Shown: positions 13,101 to 26,852, numbered from the stretch's first letter. The stretch is DNA of 63,807 bases from Eledone cirrhosa (GCA_964016885.1 OZ024744.1:7068001-7131807), one strand, 5' to 3'. A program made the numbers and translations. The notes: a model not told the origin generated them from the sequence alone.

Positions 13101-14701
13101 GCCCTGATGCCCTTGACCATTATGCTGCGAAAAGTGAGAGCAGGATACAAGTTGGGAAGGGGAGAGCTTACCATCAATCACCTCCTCTTCATGGACGATC
13201 TTAAGCTCTTCGGGAAAAGTGAGAAGGAGTTGGATGTGCTTGTTGACACTGTCCGTATTTTCAGCAGTGATATATGTATGCAGTTTGGTATTGGTAAATG
13301 TGGAGTCATTGTGATGAAGAGGGGTAGGTTGAGCAGAAGTAACGGGATCCAGATACCAACAGGTGAGATGATAAAGGAAATTGACTCTGAGGAAGGATAC
13401 AAGTATTTGGGCGTTCTGGAGGCTGATGGCATAAAGAACAAAAAAATGAAGGAATTGTTAAGAACTGAATACATTCGGAGAGTAAGGAGCGTATTGAAGT
13501 CACATCTGAACAGCAGAAATGCCATAAGCGCAGTAAATTCCCGGGCTGTGTCTATTATTAGGTACAGTGCGGGAATTCTGAGATGGAATGTTGCTGAACA
13601 AAAAGAAATGGATAGGAAGACTAGGAAGCTATTGACTATCTACAACATGTTCCACAAGAGGAGTGATGTCGATAGACTCTACCTAAGGAGATCTGAGGGT
13701 GGAAGAGGTCTTATCAGCATAGAGGACTGTGTTCAGATGGAGAAAAACAACCTATACAAATACGTGACCTATAGTAAGGAGCCAATGCTCAGAACTGTAC
13801 TGAAGGAGGGGACAGTAGGCCAGGGGATGTCCAAGGAGGAAATAACATCAAGGAGGAAGAGCAGCCTTAAGGGAAAATCCCTTCATAGTACCTTCTTTGA
13901 GAAAACTGAATTTAGAGATCCACAGACATGGAACTGGTTGAGAAGAGGAGACCTCAAAAAGGCTACAGAAGGAATGCTAATGGCTGCGCAGGAGCAGGCC
14001 CTCAAAACGAAGTGGTTGAAGCACCATATCTACAAGGAGGAGGCTAGCCCACTGTGCAGGATCTGTGGAGAGAGAGAGGAGACTGTGGCTCACATTGTGT
14101 CCGAGTGTAAACACCTAGCCCAGACCCACTATAAGGGCTGGAGACACGATGTGATGGGCAGGGTGATCCACTGGCACCTGTGCAAAGTAAACAATCTACC
14201 ACATTCTGAGAAATGGTATGAGCATAGGCCAGAGGCGGTGATGGAGAACAGTCAGGTGAAGGTGCTGTGGGATTTTAGGATACAGACGGACAAAAAACTG
14301 GAACACAATAGACCTGACCTGGTGGTTATGGACAAAGAAAAAAGATCGTGCCTGATTGTGGATGTGGCCTGCCCGTTCGACACGAGAGTGCAAGAGAAGG
14401 AGAGGGAGAAAATTAACCGATACCAAGACCTAAAGTGGGAGGTGAAAAGGATTTGGAACTGCCATGAAGTCAAAGTGATCCCGATTGTCATAGGCGCACT
14501 GGGGACTATCTCCAAAGGTTTCCAGGGATGGTTAAAGAAAATCGGCCCCTTCACGCTTTTTGGAACGCTTCAAAAGGCATGCTTGCTTGGAACAGCAAGA
14601 ACCCTCCGATACGTCCTGAATATCTGAGGCTGCAGGTAGTGGCTTGATATTCAATCCAACGGACTTTCCAGTTAACCAACATCAATGACTGAGATTCAAG
14701 G
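10151..14701 (+). mobile_element. Apparently full-length R4/Dong-type retrotransposon, family B
   Basis: ~1.08-kb putative 5'UTR, intact ORF, ~75-nt 3'UTR, (TAA)n on both sides. Confidence 0.88.
11235..14627 (+). CDS. Intact 1130-aa R4/Dong-type protein: Myb-like N-terminus, RT, CCHC knuckle, restriction-like endonuclease
   Basis: WTKELN..VMQCY..GYRRRM..IW; YRPITCL, EQKGC, DYRKAFD, QGDSLSP, FMDD; CRICGEREETVAHIVSEC; RHD; RPDLVV..DVACP..EKINRYQDL. Confidence 0.95.
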   Translation: METRTSCDRLSPNRFPLAQQQEPDCQPNTADVGGRRRRKGARTNWTKELNRTVMQCYLKSNPKERGYRRRMHNIWNEIGLFKLDEQKLAGQARVIRTNGWISELELEELSRENGLEMAGVVCQTSEPVGNEGEEVLRTEEPPEADNDLNTEINNTWNKDTATEEMNADGLGQDSVDILNLVVDELNNDSGRPMNLRFVDRKKLKETTAKVNKVIPYLEARSLHQCNNILKATANTVRKLLGIKARGNNRQERAEPWWKKRLSGQIGEMRNDIGKLESLLNGTLKNIGTKNRLEIKYKTRSKKLNIIIEELKQRIVAKSAKIRRYENRVSQYKQNRMFDNNQKMLFGQLEGKERGNDLIPGAEQAKTFWRGIWEQDVRHNAQAGWIETVQSEIGEKAQQQTDLSITVETLKGQAKKLTNWKSPGPDGVQGYWIKHLTSLHPKLTAMFNDCLVSGEVPEWLTKGTTVLIMKDRIKGNDVTNYRPITCLPVMWKLLTSIVSEEIYHHLHTNNLLPDEQKGCRKKSRGTKDQLLIDKMVMGNCRRRHTDLAMGWIDYRKAFDMVPHSWITKSLEIFRVADNIRQLLGRSMGSWETELTSTGVSLGSVKIKRGIFQGDSLSPLLFVLALMPLTIMLRKVRAGYKLGRGELTINHLLFMDDLKLFGKSEKELDVLVDTVRIFSSDICMQFGIGKCGVIVMKRGRLSRSNGIQIPTGEMIKEIDSEEGYKYLGVLEADGIKNKKMKELLRTEYIRRVRSVLKSHLNSRNAISAVNSRAVSIIRYSAGILRWNVAEQKEMDRKTRKLLTIYNMFHKRSDVDRLYLRRSEGGRGLISIEDCVQMEKNNLYKYVTYSKEPMLRTVLKEGTVGQGMSKEEITSRRKSSLKGKSLHSTFFEKTEFRDPQTWNWLRRGDLKKATEGMLMAAQEQALKTKWLKHHIYKEEASPLCRICGEREETVAHIVSECKHLAQTHYKGWRHDVMGRVIHWHLCKVNNLPHSEKWYEHRPEAVMENSQVKVLWDFRIQTDKKLEHNRPDLVVMDKEKRSCLIVDVACPFDTRVQEKEREKINRYQDLKWEVKRIWNCHEVKVIPIVIGALGTISKGFQGWLKKIGPFTLFGTLQKACLLGTARTLRYVLNI

Positions 14702-14763
14702 AATAACAATAACAATAATAATAATAATAATAATAATAATCCAATAATAATCCAATAATAATA
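14702..14763 (+). repeat. Interrupted (TAA)n microsatellite
   Basis: TAA/CAA units with two CC insertions. Confidence 0.9.
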
Positions 14764-17578
14764 ATCCCACACCTTGAGGCGAGGATCCTTCACCAGTGCA
14801 ACAATATCCTCAAAGCAACAGCAAATACGGTGAGGAAATGACTTGGCATAAAAGCGAGAGGAAACAACAAACAAGAAAGATCAGAGCCTTGGTGGAAGAA
14901 ACGACTGAATGGTCAAATCAGGGAAATGAGAAATGACATTGGAAAGCTTGAGTCCCTACTGAATGGGACACTAAAAAACATAGGCACTAAAAATAGACTG
15001 GAAATAAAGTACAAAACTAGGAGGAAAAATCTAAATATTATCATAGAGGAACTGAAGCAACGCATTGTAGCAAAGAGTGCATAATCAGGCGATACGAGAA
15101 CAGAGTCAGCCAGTATAGACAGAACCGCATGTTTGACAACAACCAGAAGATATTGTTTGGACAGCTTGAAGGGAAAGAAAGAGGCAACGACTTGATACCT
15201 GAGGCGGAACAAACTAAAGCATTCTGGAGAGGAATATGGGAGCAGGATCTTAATCATAATGACCAGACAGTGTGGATTGAGACAGTACAGAAGGAGATTA
15301 GTGAACAGGCACACCAACAAACTGATTTGAGTATCACAGTTGAAACTCTTAAGGGGCAGGCCAAAAAACTAACCAACTGGAGATCACCAGGCCCAGATTG
15401 GTTTAAAAATATAACATCCCTCCACCTGAAACTGACAACCATGTTCAATGACTGCTTGATGTCAGGTGAGGTACCAGAGTGGTTGACAAAAGGTACCACA
15501 GTTCTGATAATGAAAGACCGAATCAAGGGTAATGATGTTACCAACTATAGACCTATCACATGTCTGTCCGTAATGTGGAAACTGTTGACAAGCATTATGT
15601 CTGAGGAAATCTACCATCACCTCCACACAAACAACTTGTTACCGGACGAACAGAAAGGATGCCGAAAGAAGTCCCGTGTTACAAAGGACCAGTTACTTAT
15701 TGATAAGATGGTAATGAGGAATTGCAAGAGGAGACACACTGGTCTTGCCATGGGATGGATAGACTACAAAAAGGCATTTGACATGGTGCCTCATTCTTGG
15801 ATCACCAAAAGCCTGGAGATCTTCAGGGTGGCAGATAACATCAGACAGTTGTTGAGCAAAAGTATGAAGTCCTGGCAAACAGAGTTAACATCAACTGGAG
15901 AATCCTTGGGAGGCGTGAAGATCAAGAGAGGTATCTTCCAGGGAGATAGTCTGTCCCTTCTGTTGTTTGTCCTTGCCCTGATGCCCCTGACCAGTGTACT
16001 GCGAAAAGTGAGAGCAGGATACAGATTGGGAAAGGGAGGGCTTACCATCAATCACCTCCTCTTCATGGACGTTCTTAAGCTCTTCGGGAAGAGTGAGAAG
16101 GAGTTGGATGTGCTTGTTGACACTGTCCATATTTTCAGCAATGATATATGTATGCAATTTGGTATTAGTAAGTGTGGAGTCCTTGTGATGAAGAGGAGTA
16201 AATTGAGCAGAAGCAACGGAATCCAGATAGCAACAGGGGAGATGATAAAGGAAATTGACACTGAAGAAGGATACAAATATTTGGGTGTTCTGGATGCTGA
16301 TAGCATCAATAACAAAAAAAATGAAGGAATTGATAAGATCTGAATACATTCGGAGAGTAAGGAGCGTATTAAAATCACATCTGAACAGTAGGAATGCCAT
16401 AAGTGCAGTAAATTCCCGAGCTGTGTCTATTATTAGGTACAGTGCGGGAATTCTGAGATGGAATGTTGCTGAACAAAAAGAAATGGATAGGAAGACTAGG
16501 AAGCTATTGACTATCTACAATATGTTACATAAGAGGAGTGATGTCGATAGACTCTACTTAAGGAGATCTGAAGGTGGAAGAGGTCTTATCAGCATAGAGG
16601 ACTGTGTTCAGATGGAGAAAAACAACCTACACAAATAGGTGACTGATAGTAAGGAGCCAATGCTCAGAACTGTACTGAAGGAGAGGACAATAGACCAGGG
16701 GATGTCCAAGGAGGAAATAACAACAAGGAGAAAGAGCAACCTTCATGAAAAATCCCTTCATAGTACCTTCTTTGAGAAAACTGAATTCAGAGATCCACAG
16801 AGATGGAACTGGTTGAAAAGAGGAGACCTAAAAAGGCTACAGAATAAATTTTAATGGCTGCTCAAGAGCAGGCCCTGAAAACGAAGTGGTTGAAACACCA
16901 TATTTACGAGGAGGAGGCTAGCCCACTGTGTAGGATCTGTGGAGAGAGAGAGGAGACTGTGGCTCACATTGTATCCGAGTGTAAGCACCTAGCCCAGACT
17001 CACTATAAAGGCTGGAGACATGATGTGATGGGCAGGGTGATCCACTGGCACCTATGCAAAGTAAACAATTTACCACATTCTGAGAAGTGGTATGAGCATA
17101 AGCCAGAGTCGGTGATAGAAAACGATCAGGTGAAGGTGCTGTGGGATTTTAGGATACAGACGGAGAAGAAACTGGAACACAATAAACCTGACCTGGTGGT
17201 TTTGGACAATGGAAAAAGATCGTGCCTGATTGTGGATGTAGCCTGCCCATTCGACACGAGAGTGCAAGAGAAGGAGAGGGAGAAAATTAACCGATACCAG
17301 GACTTAAAGTGGGAGATAAAAAGGATTTGGAACTGCCATGAAGTCAAAGTGGTCCCGATTGTCATATGCGCACTAGGGACTATCTCAAAGAGTTTCCAAG
17401 GATGGTTAAAGGAGATTAGTCCAGCCCCGCTTTTTGGAACACTTCAAAAGGCATGCTTGCTGGGAACAGCAAGAACCCTCCGATACGTCCTGAATATCTG
17501 AGGCTGCAGGTAGTGGCTTGATATTCATTTCAACAAACTTTCCAGTTAACTAACATCAATGACTCAGACTCAAAGAAC
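14764..17578 (+). mobile_element. R4/Dong-type family B, 5'-truncated defective copy
   Basis: Colinear with 11874-14701; ORF pieces 15129-16343, 16255-16638, 16639-16854, 16854-17501; followed by (TAA)9 at 17579-17605. Confidence 0.93.
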
Positions 17579-17750
17579 AATAATAATAATAATAATAATA
17601 ATAATTCAGTATTAATAATTATTAATTAATGCAATCGTGCAATGCCTGTGCGTGACGAATATTTTTAAAGTGACGAAAACTGTGCACTGAGCCAAGACGT
17701 ATATACATACATACATTCATACATACATACATACACACTTACATACAATT

Positions 17751-17816
<66 letters not shown>

Positions 17817-18415
17817 TTGAAAGTATATATCATACACACACAAAAACAGGTTTATAAACTTAAATAGAAATGTTGCTACCTTACTTTTGACGTGTCTCTG
17901 ATTATTATAGTTTTGAAAGAAATATTAAACAGATATGTTCCCCCTAACATCTACACAATTAATCAACATTTGTGTCTTTGAACCAACTATTCTAGATTCC
18001 CATATCGCCATATTGCTTTGAAGATTGGAAAAATAATTGAAAATTGCTTTGTTCTTCAAAATGCAATCTTTTATTTTAAAAAGTTTTCTAACAAATTATC
18101 GACGCCTATCTTAAACATGAAGCTAAAAAACAAAACGACTTAGAATATTTATAGTGGTTACTGTTTTTGTATAGTTCTGGTTAACAGTGTGCGGCTTTGA
18201 TTTATAGTAACCCTCAAATATATTCTGTTCGGTGGTTTAACATCTACGGATTATCAATTGTTATTTAATGGAATGAGTCATAGTCATATCTATATTTGAA
18301 GACATGTGCGCCGTTTAACAGTCGACAGAAGTCGATATTCTCGTGAAAACTGAAAACTACAGAACTGTAACACCGACTTCCAACCGGTAGAAACTATAGT
18401 TTATAACTTTTCCTA

Positions 18416-18667
18416 TTAATCCTTATGGTGAGCAAATGGGGTCCCACGAGCTGGCCTCCCCACAGTCCCGGCGGACAGGGTGGAGAAGGCGTTTCCCCGG
18501 AGGATGGTAAGGAAGATGCGCTGGAAGAGCCATTCCAGCTCGCGAGGCTCACACCTGCGGCTGGTCAGCTCAGCGCCTATGGTGGTGAATAGGGAGATAG
18601 ACTTAGGGCCAAGGACACCAGAAATCTCCACTGCCAAGGGCACGACCGCAAGCTTGTCGGAGAGCAT
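18416..18667 (-). mobile_element. CRE-clade-like non-LTR element, C-terminal endonuclease fragment
   Basis: VPLAVEISGVLG....LFQRIFLTILRGNA resembles the P.A.E..G / L.QR.S....RGNA end of CRE-type REL domains. Confidence 0.65.
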
Positions 18668-18985
18668 ATACCGTATATAGATATATAGACAGACTGAATA
18701 AAAATGGCGTAGACATACAATACAACAGGAGGAAAATATAGCACCACTGACGATGTTGCAGATGTGCAGCGAAAGATTTATGATAAACTATATATATGTG
18801 TTTGTGTCTATATTGTATCTGTATTATTTTTGACCGCCGGTCAGTCAATGGCAACATTGAGGACCGAATAAGTTAGATTACCGATATAAAAGACACAGAA
18901 GCGAGAAGCGAAAACCAACCAAACAGTGAGTGTGTTCTGTTATTAATTCTGGCAATATTACACAGATATGACCCTCCCCAAGTAT

Positions 18986-20590
<1,605 letters not shown>

Positions 20591-20710
20591 TTCACTTTAT
20601 GCTCGGGTGCTAGGCGACGGCCTACTATAACGCCTTCCAACCAACATCTTCCTGTACATAAACATGGAAGAGGGAAGAAGAGTGCACCCGAGCATAATGT
20701 GAAAGGGGCC

Positions 20711-21700
20711 TCCCAGGCAAAATACGACGCCTGTACCCGGTGTTTACAATTAATAACTGATTCTGCTCGGCTGTTTATGAGTTCGTGGGGTGTTCTTATG
20801 ATGTAGTACAGCTCCATGAGGCAGAGCTGGCATTTACCCATGAAGTTGTAGGGTGCAGCCCTACTGACAATATCCCAGTGTGTGGAGAAGCTTATGTTGG
20901 CGTCTTGCAATGTGGTGACGTAGTTGGCAAGCGAAGTGGAGTGCCTTAATTTGTTGTTCCTGAGAGAGTGGCGATGCGTTCTAAATCTCGTTTTAAGCTG
21001 GCCAGTGGTGGCTTCTATATAGTGTTTAACTCCGCTATGGCTAGTTACGGTGCACCTATAAATAACCTTATCAGTCAGGCAGTTTTCCCTGAGAGGGCAG
21101 CCTCCCCTGTCACGACAGTTGCATTTTCCGTCATGGTCGCTCCTAGTTCCTAAAGTAAAGCTATTACTATTGCTATCTATGTTGTTATTTATGTCTCTAA
21201 CTCTGTCATTGGTACTGTTATCTCTCAAGGCGTGCGGTGTTGTACCATTATTATTCCGCACGCCGCAGCCTGTTCTGCTGCCGATGGGTGACGCCAGCTC
21301 TGCCTCGTGGAGTTCTACTACATCATAAGAACACCCCACAAGCTCATAAACACCCGAGCAGAATCAGTTATTAATTGTAAACACCGGGTACAGGCGTCGT
21401 ATTTTGCCTGGGAGTCGACTGTGACATGAAAACTACGAACTGGGTCCTCCTGCCCGAACCTCAACACCCCTGTGGGCAGGCTGTATGAACAAACATATGT
21501 GAACCTAATGTACACCGCAGACCATACTCGAACAAACATTAGTGAAGCAACATCCACTAAATAATAAATGGACACTCCAGACCCGACCTGTACTGGCACT
21601 AGTGAAACAACACACACAATATAAAGATGCTAAACACCAGCATATGAACAGGCATTAAAATCCACATGGGACTGATTGCTTGAACACCGGCCAGAGTTAC
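20711..21700. mobile_element. Rearranged PLE family-C-related GIY-YIG fragment with inversion
   Basis: EN on minus 20711-21290; 21292-21411 is an inverted copy of 20711-20830 that continues on + into a 3'UTR sharing AACACCGGCCAGAGTTAC with the family C pLTR. Confidence 0.75.
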
Positions 21701-22233
21701 TCTTGCTGCCCATCAATGAGGTCTAAAATCACTAATTCTAATCGTACGAGAATAAATATAGGATGCAGTTGCAGGAAGCCGGAAGAATGCCCATTACAGG
21801 GCATATGTAACACCAAATCCGTTGTATATGAAGCCAAAGTGACACCTTTAATTAACAACCAGCCATCCAGGAGTGAACGATATGTTGGCATGACTCAGGA
21901 CAGGTTTAAAACCAGGTTTTATGCACATGTCGCTTCTTTTAAACACTCCGATAAAAGAACAGCAACAGCTCTCACAAATAAGGTGTGGGAATTCAAGGAT
22001 AAAAACATCCCGTACTCTATCGATTGGTCTATTTTAGACCATTCAAGGGAGTACCAAAGGAGCACAAAAATTGTTCTTTGTGTACCACTGAAAAATTTAG
22101 GATTTTACAAAACTTGAAAGCCACTTCAAGTTACCTGAACTCCAAGACCGAGATCTTCAGATGTTGTCCTCACCTGAAATCACATCTGATCTGTAACTGC
22201 ATTGACATTCCTACGATGACTCAACCACCTTGA
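21700..22233 (+). mobile_element. Hydra-type PLE GIY-YIG fragment (frameshifted)
   Basis: CSCRKPEECPLQGIC..VVYEA..YVGMT..FKTRF..H..SF; CSLCTTEK..LNSKTE..CCPH. Confidence 0.85.
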
Positions 22234-22589
22234 ACTTCTTCTCTGCTCTCTACGACTTACATCCACTACGATTTTTTTACCTTCTGAACTCATTTTCTGT
22301 ACTCTTATATTCTTTTTCTCGCTCATCTCCCCTTATATTTAAACGTTTTCCTATGTCATTTATTTCCTTATTCCCCCCTACTTTCTACCTTAACCTTTAC
22401 ATACCCACCTTTTTTATTTTTAGATATTTATTTCTGTGTGGGTGTGTGTGTTGCGTATATGTGTATATATGTATATATATATGTATATGTATGTGTATAC
22501 ATAATTATATGTATCTGTATGTATGTGTGTATATAATTGTATTTTATATGCTTCTGTTGTATTTGTGTGTGTGTGTGTATATATATATA

Positions 22590-22646
22590 TAAATGTAAGT
22601 ATGTATGTATACGTACATACATATATGTATACAGACGTACAGTAGC

Positions 22647-22727
<81 letters not shown>

Positions 22728-23355
22728 CAGGCACACATATATATATATGCACGTATCAGTTTACCGAACATTTATTATAATGTTCGCTTTGTTCGTTTGT
22801 AATGCTACTGTACGTCTGTATACATATATGTATGTACGTATACATACATACTTACATTTAAGTAAGTGCCGTACTAAGAGTGAGAAATGAAATTTCGTTT
22901 CATTCTATTCCATTTATCGTTTTCGGTGCGCCTGGCCGACTGAACTCACTCGATATGCAAATTAGGCTGCTCAGCCGTTAATTTTCATAAAGAAAGTATA
23001 TACTTTCGGACGTTCAACCATCTGGCAAAAAGGTATACGGTGCTGACGATAGCTAACAAGCTTGAAACTAGTACATCGTTCCTGTGTCAGTGTTGAACAG
23101 AAAGGTGACGTGGTTGCCTAAACACTGTACGGCGTAAATCAGGCTGTTCGTTTGTTTACAAACGAACAAAGCGAACATTATAATAAATGTTCGGTAGACT
23201 GATACGTGCATATATATATGTGTGCCTATATATATATATATATATATACATGCTACTGTACGTCTGTATACATATATGTATGTACGTATACATACATACT
23301 TACATTTAAGTAAGTGTCGTACTAAGAGTGAGAAATGAAATTTCGTTTCATTCTA

Positions 23356-23359
<4 letters not shown>
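22590..23359 (+). mobile_element. Non-autonomous HHR-containing PLE derivative (retrozyme-like) with inverted 5' copy
   Basis: Direct repeat 22802-22909 / 23250-23359 (448-nt period); 22590-22800 is an inverted copy of ~23157-23308; homologous to 37580-38137. Confidence 0.7.
23037..23079 (+). ncRNA. Minimal type I hammerhead ribozyme
   Basis: ACGGTG-CTGACGA-tAGC(TAACAA)GCTt-GAA-ACTAGT-A-CATCGT; 6-bp stem I. Confidence 0.85.
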
Positions 23360-23412
<53 letters not shown>

Positions 23413-23909
23413 TGTGTGTGTGTGGGTGTGTGTATATGTGTATTTTTATATAATTGTTTATGTGTGTATATATATAATGGCCTCAGAAACGGCTTGAGCT
23501 CTGCCGTTGGGGTCATGCTTTTTCCTCTATGTATATATATATATATGTATATGTATGTATATGTATGTATATCTGTGTCTATTTGTATGGTTGTATGTGT
23601 GTGTGTGTTTATATATATATATGTATATATGTATGTGTATGTATATGCATAATTACATACAGTGATTTAATGCTTATTTTCATTGATCATTTGCTCCAGG
23701 AACTTGTTGAGTGTTCTAAATCAGCTTTAAACATTTATACCCTTTTCTAATTATTTGTTTATTTATTATTTGTCGTATTCCCAACTATTTGTTTACCCCT
23801 TTCACCTTTTTATATATATATAATATTTATGTATTTTCTTATATATATGTGTGTGTGTATATGTATGTATTATATATGTATATATATGTATATATATGTA
23901 TATATATAA

Positions 23910-24560
<651 letters not shown>

Positions 24561-24567
24561 CAGATAT

Positions 24568-24609
<42 letters not shown>

Positions 24610-24653
24610 AAGTTAAATAAAAGTCAAATGATTAAAATTTAGCTTCGTTTATT

Positions 24654-24708
24654 ACTGCTATATATATTTCAGTGACAGCCATCTTTGGCTGTGACCTCTT
24701 CAGGCAGT
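24654..24708 (-). ncRNA. Type I hammerhead ribozyme (inverted copy)
   Basis: Reverse complement of 25557-25611. Confidence 0.85.
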
Positions 24709-25556
24709 TTGAATTAGTATGGTATAGACAAGTACATATGTTGTTTAGGTGTATGATATTGTCAATACTCTGATATGCCCAGTTCCTTGCTGGGTTGTTA
24801 ATTCACTGGGGAACTGGAGTCATATGAATTCAAACAAACGAATTTTCGTGTCACAGGTCCCCTTCTCCTCTCATTGGTCAGTTATTAGTGTTGTCATTGT
24901 TGGAGTTAGCTTAAAAATTGATAAAATAGTAGAAGGGACAAGGTGTTGAAGGAACAAAATATCAAAAAATGTGTCAAACTTCCCATTGTTCAGTTCTGAG
25001 AGCATTCCTCAGTCAGAAGTCTATATAATTCTTTCTGGGGTGAGGCTCCCTGTAGTGTTTATGCCTGGTGGCGGGTGGGATGAAGAGAAAACACAAACTG
25101 AATACTTCTAAATTGTTAGCAGCAGCAAGATATAAGCTGACCACTACAACAACAACAGTACCAAAATAATGGTGGAGGTCAAATGTACTGAACAATAGCA
25201 GGCATAAACACTACAGGGAGCCTCACCCAGAAAGAATTCTATAGACTTCTGACTGAGGAATGCTCTCAGAACTGAACAATGGGAAGTTTGACACATTTTT
25301 TGATATTTTGTTCCTTCAACACCTTGTCCCTTCTACTATTTTATCAATTTGTAAGCTAACTCCAACAATGACAACACTAATAACTGACCAATGAGAGGAG
25401 AAGGGGACCTGTGACACGAAAATTCGTTTGTTTGAATTCATATGACTCCAGTTCCCCAGTGAATTAACAACCCAGCAAGGAACTGGGCATATCAGAGTAT
25501 TGACAATATCATACACCTAAACAACATATGTACTTGTCTATACCATACTAATTCAA

Positions 25557-25611
25557 ACTGCCTGAAGAGGTCACAGCCAAAGATGGCTGTCACTGAAATA
25601 TATATAGCAGT
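25557..25611 (+). ncRNA. Type I hammerhead ribozyme
   Basis: ACTGC-CTGAAGA-GGTCACAGCC(AAAGAT)GGCTGTCACT-GAA-ATATATAT-A-GCAGT followed by AATAAA. Confidence 0.88.
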
Positions 25612-25784
25612 AATAAACGAAGCTAAATTTTAATCATTTGACTTTTATTTAACTTTATTTTACACTACTCCGGAGTAACCAAACCAACCTGCACACTTCG
25701 TCGAGTGCTCCAGCCTGCATACTGAGGTGTTGGTATACAACCAACATAAACTCAAAATCTATATATATATATATATATATATAT

Positions 25785-26280
25785 ACGTGGGAAAGTAAAA
25801 AATCGGAGAATAGACCGTTAAAACATGTTTATTTAAAATATCACCTACGCACGTTTCGCCCAGTTGGGCTTCTCAAGGGCATAAATAAGCCCTAACACCG
25901 GCCAGAGTTACCTCCCTTGACCTGCTGCAAAATCAAAACAAGATATTTTTGCGAGCAATGAATCTTAATGTAGATTTAACCCCCAAAACTCTTTCCGAAC
26001 TATATATGGAACACTTGTGATTATTTATGCCCTTGAGAAGCCCAACTGGGCGAAACGTACGTAGGTGATATTTTAAATAAACATGTTTTAACGGTCTATT
26101 CTCCGATTTTTTACTTTCCCACGTGCTTACGCTCTGCTAACTCTCTAGCCCACTAAATATTAACACTTCGAATATTTAATACTGCCGGCACTAGTATCGA
26201 GCACCGTTGGCATACGCTACTTGGCAAATAACTATATGTATCACCTATCCCTCCTTTTTCTCTCTTTCTCGATACGTAAA
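25785..26280. mobile_element. Solo family C pLTR with inverted 5' piece; HHRs at 25839-25883 (-) and 26026-26070 (+)
   Basis: 25785-25888 is the reverse complement of ~26021-26124; matches 19088-19335. Confidence 0.85.
26026..26070 (+). ncRNA. Minimal type I hammerhead ribozyme, U3-A8 variant
   Basis: TATGCCC-TTGAGAA-GCCC(AACT)GGGC-GAA-ACGTACGT-A-GGTGATA. Confidence 0.75.
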
Positions 26281-26334
26281 TACTATATATATATATATAT
26301 TTAAGAGTTCAATGAATACATCTAAGAATGAGTT

Positions 26335-26852
26335 TTACACACATACATGTGTGTGTATGTATTTATATGTATGTGTGTGTGTGTATATGTATATATATAT
26401 ATGTGTATATATGTATATATATAAATATAAATATATACATATATATGTGTGTGTATGTATATGTGTATGTGTATGTATGTGTATGTGTATGTGTGTGTGT
26501 ATGTATTTATTTGTATGTATGTATGTGTATGTGCGTATGTAGATGTGTGTACATATATCTATATTTCTGTATGCGTATGTATGCGTGTATATATGTGTGT
26601 ATGTGTGTGTATGTACGTGTGTATATATGTATGGTTATGTGTATGTATATATATATATATACATGTGTGTGTGTGTATTTGTGTGTATGTGTATGTATGG
26701 ATATACTGATATATATGTGTGTATGTATGTATATGTATATGTATGTATATTTGTACGTGTATGGTTATGTGTATGTATATATATATGTGTATATGTATGT
26801 ATATATATGTGTATGTATATATATGTGTGTGTATGTAATTGTGTGTGTGTGT
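26335..26852. repeat. Compound (TG/TA)n microsatellite
   Basis: Direct reading. Confidence 0.9.

Larger units (their letters stand above)
24604..25760. mobile_element. Solo PLE pLTR with ~465-bp inverted duplication
   Basis: 24604-25067 is the reverse complement of 25199-25661; unique tail 25662-25760; (TA)n flanks; HHR in each arm. Confidence 0.8.

Noticed and set aside
248-17365. Antisense and alternative-frame ORFs over the LINE ORFs
   Set aside because: Shadows of the retrotransposon coding sequence
18741-18830. CTGACGA-stem-GAAA hammerhead-like core
   Set aside because: Stem II is good but I could not form convincing stems I and III
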